Below, one piece after another: positions 57,638-64,000 of a stretch of 64,000 nucleotides of DNA. The notes beneath the pieces were generated by a model. That model made no database searches, was not told the DNA's origin, and saw nothing but the letters and a program-made list of their open reading frames with translations. The position numbers and the translations under genes were made by a program. The stretch's first letter is position 1. Each line of letters starts with the position of its first letter. The stretch is from the NCBI GenBank assembly GCA_036787835.1, contig DAIQON010000004.1, positions 3,204 through 67,203 on the forward strand. Reading direction: 5' to 3'. This stretch comes from Candidatus Saccharimonadota bacterium (GTDB lineage: Bacteria; Patescibacteriota; Saccharimonadia; Saccharimonadales; UBA4665).

Positions 57638-57796
57638 ACGTGCTCCTTCAATACAGGAATTATGCAACAACATATAGTTATTAGCAATAATGTAATGAGC
57701 TAACACTTAGCTACGTTTTAGAGATTTGCGCTTTAATTATATAATTAGTCCTACAGATATTTGGGGTCTTAAATACTAGAGGGCTAGGTAGCTAAT

Positions 57797-58399
57797 ATGG
57801 AAGAAGAGTCTCGATATTTCTTAGCTTGGGGTAAAAAAAGCCCAGAACAGTGGGAAGAGGCTATTAGGCTGCTTGGATCTTTGGGCTTCAATGTATCAGA
57901 CCCGTCAGCTGAAGAGGGTGTTGATCTTATAAGCGATGGTGCTGAGCGCTACGATGGTATCCTACTCGATCGTAACGATTTTCTGGCGGCAGCTGCAGAA
58001 AACAGCGAGCTAAGTAATCAAACAGCAGGCAGGGCCTGGGCTTTAGTAACAAGACTATATACCTACAAAACGTTTAAAGACCACTTTAACCAATATACAG
58101 AATTCAGACATTTTGACTTTGAGGATAACCCGTTAGTTTTTGACAACAGACCCAGGGTCGACCAAATACTTGGAGATATTGATGGCTTTAGGCGGAAATT
58201 ATCTGGACTTAGCGTAGATAGTTTAGAAGTACTACTTCTACAGCTCCAGGCAGCTATCACCGCTGAGGGAAAATCGGCCGTCCATAGACTGCTAGGAGAT
58301 GAAGTAGGGACCAAAACAATTGACTATCTTTACGGCGTTGTCGCTTGGGCAAAGATTAACAAGGCACCAGGCAATACTGAAGAGGATAGTCCTAAATAA
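57797..58399 (+). CDS. hypothetical protein (200 aa, acidic, soluble)
   Basis: ORF divergent from 56942-57637; no recognised motif. Confidence 0.5.
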   Translation: MEEESRYFLAWGKKSPEQWEEAIRLLGSLGFNVSDPSAEEGVDLISDGAERYDGILLDRNDFLAAAAENSELSNQTAGRAWALVTRLYTYKTFKDHFNQYTEFRHFDFEDNPLVFDNRPRVDQILGDIDGFRRKLSGLSVDSLEVLLLQLQAAITAEGKSAVHRLLGDEVGTKTIDYLYGVVAWAKINKAPGNTEEDSPK

Positions 58400-58464
58400 T
58401 CTAGAACTTGCTTAGCATCTATATAGCTTTGACTTTTCTTTACTATTAGTGTAATATAAGTGTT

Positions 58465-59427
58465 ATGAAAATTGTTGAAAATGAAGCTGCTCATATAATG
58501 TTCAAAGAACAGATGTGGGGTGGAATTGAATTAACTGGAACAGAAGAGGCGATACAACTCGCCGCCCAACTAAATGCCCACGCCCAAAACATGCTAGGGA
58601 TTAGTGGAGTTACTCGTAACTATATATTTGACGAGGGTGTAACAGGGTCTGCTGGCGAGGAAGCTTTAACCGTACAAGCAAGGTTACTGCGGCAGCTTGC
58701 CAGTGGCGATACTGACTCAGACAGCAGCTTCTCATTTATTCTAAGAGACCATCATGAAGCTGCAGTTGTTAGACAAGCAGCGAAAATCGATCTTGGTGAT
58801 AAAGCGGTAAGAGGAAGCTTAGAACGTCCACTTAGCAGATACCCCTACGTCGGCAACCTGATGGCTCAACGAATTGCTGACCTTTTTGCAGAAGGAAGAT
58901 TCAAGCCACGCAGCGGCGTTATAAAAGACCACATCGTGGGAGATAGCATGCTTCCAGGTGATTTAAACACTCTTTATTCAGGCCTTGATGAACAACGCTT
59001 CCCTGAGCAACGAATCAATAACTTCGATGCTGGCTCTGGTTCTGGGCTAACTTATTTTCATCTCGAAGGTGATGGCCGTAGATCTACAATTGATCGACCA
59101 GCGTCTCCAGAGATTGGGGCAAAGCGAGTTCGCTATGAACTATTGCCCATAGGCGAGGAACCACAAATTGACACTAGGTCACTTTTTGATAGGTATGGTG
59201 AACGAAGAGGCTTAGATTCTGACATACCTACAATTTCTGAAATTCTCGAAAGAAGTAGGTCTCACCACGTCAGACCATCACACATAGATTTACCAGGGTT
59301 TCTTGGTCTTACAGATAGGGAACGTGGTTCATCTCCAGGTTATATAGCATATACTGGCCCTGACGAGCTACGAGCTGCTGCTCGACGTGATGATATGATC
59401 CACCTTGACGACGGTTCAGATTCCTAA
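58465..59427 (+). CDS. hypothetical protein (320 aa, Arg/Asp/Gly-rich, soluble)
   Basis: Long ORF with about 30 Arg versus 7 Lys by hand count, unlike the Lys-rich neighbours. No recognised motif. Confidence 0.55.
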   Translation: MKIVENEAAHIMFKEQMWGGIELTGTEEAIQLAAQLNAHAQNMLGISGVTRNYIFDEGVTGSAGEEALTVQARLLRQLASGDTDSDSSFSFILRDHHEAAVVRQAAKIDLGDKAVRGSLERPLSRYPYVGNLMAQRIADLFAEGRFKPRSGVIKDHIVGDSMLPGDLNTLYSGLDEQRFPEQRINNFDAGSGSGLTYFHLEGDGRRSTIDRPASPEIGAKRVRYELLPIGEEPQIDTRSLFDRYGERRGLDSDIPTISEILERSRSHHVRPSHIDLPGFLGLTDRERGSSPGYIAYTGPDELRAAARRDDMIHLDDGSDS

Positions 59428-59478
59428 GTTTAGAACAAATTCTAGTACTAGTTTCAACTAGCATATAATAAGATTGTA

Positions 59479-59943
59479 ATGAATAAAGACGATCTTCCTA
59501 TTAATGCACCGGACTTTAAACTTAAGGACCAAGAGCTTAAGCTCAGGCAACTTAAGGATTACGCCGGAAAATGGCTGGTGCTATATTTTTATCCCCGTGA
59601 TGATACTCCTGGATGCACTGTTGAGGCCTGCAGTTTCAGAGACTTTAGGGATGACATCTCTGAGACTACAGGCGCTGAAGTAGTTGGGATATCAAAAGAC
59701 AGCGAGGCATCACACCAAAAGTTTGCCACTAAGCATCGATTAAACTTTCCTCTATTGTCTGATCCTGAAGGAGAAGTAATTAAGGCATACAGTGCTTGGG
59801 GCAAAAAAATGTATGGCCGCAAAGGAATACTTAGGAAAACATTCATCATTAACCCCAAAGGGATGATCGTCAAGATTTATGGCACAGTGACGCCACTGGG
59901 GCACGGCCAGAAGGTGCTTGCCGACCTTAAAGAACTTATATAG
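59479..59943 (+). CDS. bcp: thioredoxin-dependent thiol peroxidase (BCP-type peroxiredoxin)
   Basis: 154 aa with the FYPRDDTPGCTVEAC peroxidatic/resolving Cys motif. Confidence 0.92.
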   Translation: MNKDDLPINAPDFKLKDQELKLRQLKDYAGKWLVLYFYPRDDTPGCTVEACSFRDFRDDISETTGAEVVGISKDSEASHQKFATKHRLNFPLLSDPEGEVIKAYSAWGKKMYGRKGILRKTFIINPKGMIVKIYGTVTPLGHGQKVLADLKELI

Positions 59944-59994
59944 CTGACGATTAATTTACAATTAAGCCGTCCTACTAGTAGAATATTATCTATA

Positions 59995-61281
59995 ATGCCA
60001 TTACCAACACAGCCTTATAAAGGTGCCCGGGACTTCTACCCAGAAGACAAACGTATTCAAAAATATATGTTTTCTAAGCTAAGATCTAGCGTAGAGGCTT
60101 TTGGCTATGAAGAATATGATGCACCGATGCTTGAACCTCTAGACATCTACCTTGCAAAGTCTGGTTCTGAGCTTGTAAATGACCAAACATATACATTCAC
60201 CGATCGAGGAGATCGACAGGTAGTAATAAGGCCAGAAATGACGCCTAGCGTAAGTCGTATGGTGGCCGCCAAGCGAAATCAGCTAAATTTTCCGCTGCGT
60301 TGGTACAGTATCCCTAACTTGTGGCGCTACGAACGACCTCAAAGAGGCAGATACCGCGAACATTGGCAACTAAATGTCGATTTGTTCGGCGAAGCCTCGA
60401 TTGCTGCAGAAGAAGAAATTATTAGTCTTGCGTCTTCAGTCCTTAAAAGCTTCGGCGCTACTAACGATATGTTTGAAGTACGTTTAAATAGCCGAAAACT
60501 AATGGAGTATTTAGCTAAGACTTACTTATCACTAGAAGACGTCAAAGCTCTAGCCCTGTTTAAGCTAATCGACCGTAAAAACAAGATTGATGAACAGGCA
60601 TTTAATGAACAGGCAATGGAGCTTATCGGTAATCAAGAGCTAGTAGATAAGCTGGCCTCATTCTTGGAAATTAGCGATATATCTAATGTCCCTGAAGAGT
60701 TGAAAGACGCTGAGGGCATCAGCGAGCTAAAGACGCTTATCGCTCACCTTGCTAGCAACCCAGAAATTGGCAAAGTCGTCTTTGACCCGAACATCATGCG
60801 CGGCTTCGATTACTATAACGATATAGTTTTTGAAGTCTTTGACACCCACCCAGAAAACAACCGAGCGATGATGGGCGGCGGTAGATATGATGGGCTGGTT
60901 GAGTTATTTGGCGTCGAACCCGTCCCAACTATTGGTTTTGGCCTAGGAGATGCAACCCTGTTAAATTTCTTACAGGTCCACGAACTATTACCAGACATTA
61001 AGGCCGAGACCGACCTAGCCGTTCTTCTACTTGACGATGAATTCGGCAACAGTCAAAGCCTAGTTAACGCTTTAAGAAGTCAGGGCCTGAATGTAGCCGT
61101 AGATTTTAGTAGCCGCAAAATAGGCAATAAAATTAGATGGGCTGAATCAAGAGGCATTAAGCATATTAGCGTTATCGGCCAAAACGAAATAGATAGTCAG
61201 AAGCTATCCATAAAAAACCTTGATGATGGTTACGAGGAATTGATCGAACTAAATGCCGTTGGCCAATATTTAAAAAACTAA
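59995..61281 (+). CDS. hisS: histidine--tRNA ligase
   Basis: 428 aa with class II motifs (RPEMTPS, RYERPQRGRYREH.Q, GGGRYDGL) and a C-terminal anticodon-binding domain. Confidence 0.95.
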   Translation: MPLPTQPYKGARDFYPEDKRIQKYMFSKLRSSVEAFGYEEYDAPMLEPLDIYLAKSGSELVNDQTYTFTDRGDRQVVIRPEMTPSVSRMVAAKRNQLNFPLRWYSIPNLWRYERPQRGRYREHWQLNVDLFGEASIAAEEEIISLASSVLKSFGATNDMFEVRLNSRKLMEYLAKTYLSLEDVKALALFKLIDRKNKIDEQAFNEQAMELIGNQELVDKLASFLEISDISNVPEELKDAEGISELKTLIAHLASNPEIGKVVFDPNIMRGFDYYNDIVFEVFDTHPENNRAMMGGGRYDGLVELFGVEPVPTIGFGLGDATLLNFLQVHELLPDIKAETDLAVLLLDDEFGNSQSLVNALRSQGLNVAVDFSSRKIGNKIRWAESRGIKHISVIGQNEIDSQKLSIKNLDDGYEELIELNAVGQYLKN

Positions 61282-61306
61282 ATAATAATATTTTGGAATA
61301 TATAAA

Positions 61307-61759
61307 TTGATAGCAATTAATCATGCATTGACCGGAGCCTTAATCGGTTTTAGCGTATCCAACCCGGTACTTGCAATCTTTCTAGCCCTGATATCCCATT
61401 TTGTTTTGGATTCAATTCCACACTTCAGTGTCGATGGGGATAATGATGCCTGGATTAAGTCAAAGCCATTCATCTCGATGGTAGCGATTGATGCAGTTCT
61501 TTGTTTTATTTTAGTTATGTTGCTGCTATACAACCACCCCCTCAATTATATTCTGGCCGCGGTCTGTGCCTTCGTCGCCGCAGCCCCAGATCTTGTTAGT
61601 TTCAATAAATTTTATGCCAATCTTAAAAATAAGAAATGGAAGCCGAGTCTATATACCAAATTCGCTAGTAAAATACAGTGGTTTGAAAAACCGATTGGTG
61701 GCGCCGTAGAAGTAACCTGGTTCATAATAATGCTCGTTTCGGTTAGCTTGTTTATCTAA
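61307..61759 (+). CDS. small polytopic membrane protein, YdjM/DUF457-like (tentative)
   Basis: 150 aa with four hydrophobic segments and an N-terminal INHALTGALIG ... SHFVLDSIPH His/Asp pattern. TTG start. Confidence 0.45.
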   Translation: MIAINHALTGALIGFSVSNPVLAIFLALISHFVLDSIPHFSVDGDNDAWIKSKPFISMVAIDAVLCFILVMLLLYNHPLNYILAAVCAFVAAAPDLVSFNKFYANLKNKKWKPSLYTKFASKIQWFEKPIGGAVEVTWFIIMLVSVSLFI

Positions 61760-61802
61760 ATCTGTTAGCCAAGAAGTAAATTTTCTGCTAAAGTAGCTAG
61801 TC

Positions 61803-63095
61803 ATGAAAATAGATGATTTAAAGTCGACTCCAATTACTTCAAGCTACACCATTGTTGCTGATGCAGATGAGTTAGAGCTATATAAAAAACACGCTGTTAG
61901 CGCTAATCGTAAAGGTGTTAAAATCCCCGGTTTTCGTCCAGGTAAAGCCCCTGATGAGATGGTCGAAAAGTTTGTCGACCAAGAAAAGTTGCAGAATGAC
62001 TTTTTAAATAAAGCTATAAACGAACTTTATCTGCAGTCTGTTGACGAACAGAACCTAAAAGTAGTCAATGAACCGAAAATCGAAATAACTAAGTTTGTTC
62101 CTTTTACCACTCTACAGTTTAGCGTTCTAGTAGACGTAATAACTAAAGTTGACCTGCCTGACTACAAGAACTTAAAGCTAAAGCTAGAGCCAATGCCGGT
62201 AACTAAAGAGCAGAGTGATCGAACACTTCAAGAACTAAGGCTACGAACAGCCAAGTTCAAGGAAGTCGATCGAGCAGCTAAGCTAGAAGACCAGGTTGAG
62301 ATTGACTTTGAAGGCAAGGACTTTAAAACCAAGCAGAAGCTAAGCCAAGCAAGTGGCCTGGATTATAAGATTATCCTAGGTAGCAACAGCTTCATTCCGG
62401 GGTTTGAAGAACAATTGGTAGGTCTAAAAGCGGGCGCATCGAAGACTTTTGATATTACATTCCCTAAGGACTACCACGAAGTAAGTTTTAAGGGACGCAA
62501 ATTAAGCTTTAAAGTCGACGTTAAGATGGTAACAGAAGTTGAACTACCAAAACTTGATGACGTATTTGCCGCAAGCATGGGACCATTCAAGAAGATTGAT
62601 GAATTTAAGACTGAACTTAAAAGGCAGCTAAAAGAAGAAAACGACCGTCAGTCACAAAGACGATTTGAGGATCAAATCCTAAATACCATAGCTGAAAAAA
62701 CTGAAGTAGAAATTCCAGATAGCCTTAAGCAGTCTGAGATCACAAAGCTGGAAGCTGAAGCTAAACAAAATGCTCTTTACCGTGGACAGAGCTGGTCAGA
62801 ATTTTTGGAAACACTCGATCTTGATGAAGAAGGTTATAGAAAGCAATTAGACCCTATAGCCGTTCTACGAATAAAAGGCGGCCTGGCAATTGGCGAAATC
62901 GCCACTAAAGAAAAGATCGAAATTAGCGCTAGTGAACTGGATACTCGAATTGCCCAATTAGGCGACCAGTATACCGACCCACAAATGCGTGAAGAACTAA
63001 AGGATCCGAACAATCGCCGTGAGATCCTAATGCGCCTTCTAACTGAGAAAGTTTTAGACTTTCTAAAGACACAAATCAAGAAGTCTTCTAAGTAA
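61803..63095 (+). CDS. tig: trigger factor
   Basis: 430 aa with ribosome-binding GFRPGKAP motif, central FKBP-like domain (IPGFEEQLVG) and a C-terminal helical arm. Sits upstream of clpP, as in many bacteria. Confidence 0.93.
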   Translation: MKIDDLKSTPITSSYTIVADADELELYKKHAVSANRKGVKIPGFRPGKAPDEMVEKFVDQEKLQNDFLNKAINELYLQSVDEQNLKVVNEPKIEITKFVPFTTLQFSVLVDVITKVDLPDYKNLKLKLEPMPVTKEQSDRTLQELRLRTAKFKEVDRAAKLEDQVEIDFEGKDFKTKQKLSQASGLDYKIILGSNSFIPGFEEQLVGLKAGASKTFDITFPKDYHEVSFKGRKLSFKVDVKMVTEVELPKLDDVFAASMGPFKKIDEFKTELKRQLKEENDRQSQRRFEDQILNTIAEKTEVEIPDSLKQSEITKLEAEAKQNALYRGQSWSEFLETLDLDEEGYRKQLDPIAVLRIKGGLAIGEIATKEKIEISASELDTRIAQLGDQYTDPQMREELKDPNNRREILMRLLTEKVLDFLKTQIKKSSK

Positions 63096-63098
63096 TAA

Positions 63099-63125
63099 TT
63101 AGCACTCTTGACTATAGAGTGCTAA
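63099..63125 (+). promoter_or_regulatory. CIRCE (HrcA operator) upstream of clpP
   Basis: TTAGCACTC-ttgactata-GAGTGCTAA; perfect match to the consensus. Confidence 0.85.
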
Positions 63126-63136
63126 TTTTCTATTAT
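63108..63136 (+). promoter_or_regulatory. putative sigma-70-type promoter of clpP
   Basis: TTGACT (inside the CIRCE spacer), 17 nt, then TATTAT. The SD AAGGAG and ATG 63188 lie downstream. Confidence 0.6.
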
Positions 63137-63187
63137 AGTTATTAGTACTTAAATTACTTTTTGATTTAAATAAGGAGCTAAATAACT

Positions 63188-63784
63188 ATGACAAATCCAA
63201 AATCTCAGGTATTAATACCTACAGTAGTTGAATCAGAAGGCCGCTTTGAACGAGCTTACGACATATATTCACGACTACTAAAAGATCGTATTATCTTCTT
63301 AGGCCAGGACGTAAATGAAGCTTCAGCAAATATCGTTGTAGCTCAGCTACTTTTCCTACAGGCAGAAGACCCAAAGAAAGATATTAAATTCTATATAAAC
63401 AGCCCAGGCGGCAGCGTTTACGACGCCCTAGCTATCTACGACACCATGCAGTACCTTTCCAACGACATCATGACAGTTGGTATCGGTGTTCAGGCTTCAG
63501 CAGCGGCCTTTCTTTTAAGCTCAGGCGCCAAAGGCAAGCGGCACGCGCTACAAAACTCAACTATAATGATCCACCAACCATCTAGTGGCACTAGAGGCAA
63601 GGTAACTGATCAAGAAATCGACCTCAAAGAATCACTAAGGATCAAAAAGCTACTAGAATCAATCATGGCCAAGAATACTGGTCAAACACCAGAACGCATC
63701 CACGAAGATCTTGAACGAGATAAGTGGCTAACTGCACCGGAAGCAGTAAAGTACGGCATCATCGACTCGATAATTAAAAATTAG
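63188..63784 (+). CDS. clpP: ATP-dependent Clp protease proteolytic subunit
   Basis: 198 aa with the Ser-His-Asp triad context preserved ([22 protein letters not shown]). AAGGAG SD upstream. Confidence 0.95.
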   Translation: MTNPKSQVLIPTVVESEGRFERAYDIYSRLLKDRIIFLGQDVNEASANIVVAQLLFLQAEDPKKDIKFYINSPGGSVYDALAIYDTMQYLSNDIMTVGIGVQASAAAFLLSSGAKGKRHALQNSTIMIHQPSSGTRGKVTDQEIDLKESLRIKKLLESIMAKNTGQTPERIHEDLERDKWLTAPEAVKYGIIDSIIKN

Positions 63785-63857
63785 CAATCACGGCACAAGC
63801 TTTAGTATAATTTTGCCGAATATTGTACTTTGTGTCCTGGAGTGTTAATATTTCAAA

Positions 63858-64000
63858 ATGTCGGAGTTAGCAACAGATACATCAGATAAATTCACAGAAT
63901 TTGTTACGAATTCTGAGCGACAACGTATTGAATCAGATCAAGGTAGCTTTTTCTCTCGGTTATTTGTACTATTATTTACCCTATTACTGTATAGATATAT
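63858..64000 (+). CDS. partial ORF, N-terminus of an unknown (possibly membrane) protein, runs off the right edge
   Basis: ATG at 63858, open to the window end (MSELATDTSDKFTEF ... FFSRLFVLLFTLLLY). It lacks the ClpX zinc-finger N-terminus that normally follows clpP. Confidence 0.25.
   Translation, partial: MSELATDTSDKFTEFVTNSERQRIESDQGSFFSRLFVLLFTLLLYRY

Noticed and set aside
59413-59425. GGTTCAGATTCCT at the end of ORF 58465-59427, resembling the tRNA-Leu T-arm GGTTCAAGTCCTC; a possible attR-like direct repeat bounding the island.
   Set aside because: Only 6+4 matched bases, with an indel, and the sequence lies inside coding sequence. That is too weak to call an att site.
1-64000. Looked for CRISPR arrays, IS elements/transposases, integrases, prophage genes, rRNA genes, and UGA recoding as seen in some CPR lineages.
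   Set aside because: I saw no regularly spaced direct repeats and no transposase, integrase or phage-like ORFs. TGA clearly terminates conserved genes (for example at 4281-4283 and 14268-14270), so the standard code applies.

Overview
Very gene-dense, mostly plus-strand chromosomal segment of a small, moderately AT-rich bacterial genome. It uses the standard code: TGA, TAA and TAG all terminate well-conserved genes. I call about 60 protein genes and one tRNA-Leu(UAG). I saw no rRNA, CRISPR array, transposase or integrase. Content is mainly housekeeping: translation (pheS/pheT, tyrS, hisS, gatCAB, rplS); replication and repair (rmuC, uvrB, dnaE, radA, recG, rnhB); proteostasis (clpC, tig, clpP, pepN, FKBP); redox (nrdH-like glutaredoxin, trxB, bcp); and envelope (PBP1A, CAP-domain protein, lone PilB-type ATPase, MsbA-like ABC exporter). 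There is also one long sugar-phosphate operon: gap-rpiB-rpe-split tkt-DMT transporter-fba-PfkB kinase. The repertoire and style (split transketolase, orphan PilB, many short orphan ORFs, overlapping gene ends) fit a streamlined Patescibacteria/CPR genome, plausibly Saccharibacteria; that assignment is inference only. Main observations: (1) CIRCE (HrcA-type) operators overlap the promoters of both clpC and clpP. (2) Tandem NrdR-box-like palindromes sit in front of the nrdH-like/trxB pair. (3) Small ORFs are repeatedly wedged, usually with overlapping or abutting start/stop codons, between genes of conserved partners: pheS|degenerate HIT|pheT(+NUDIX), tktN|94-aa membrane ORF|tktC, gatA|144-aa membrane ORF|gatB, clpC|HExxH membrane protein|radA. 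(4) A compositionally atypical three-gene orphan module lies directly after tRNA-Leu (56.9-59.4 kb). It is my best candidate for an undescribed system, but I cannot assign a function from sequence alone. (5) Many operon-first genes show a leaderless-mRNA signature, with a -10 hexamer ending 7 nt before the ATG and no Shine-Dalgarno (SD) sequence. (6) Convergent genes abut or overlap with no terminators; the only clear intrinsic terminators are after the tRNA and, unexpectedly, in the nusA leader. (7) TyrRS has TIGN in place of the HIGH signature.
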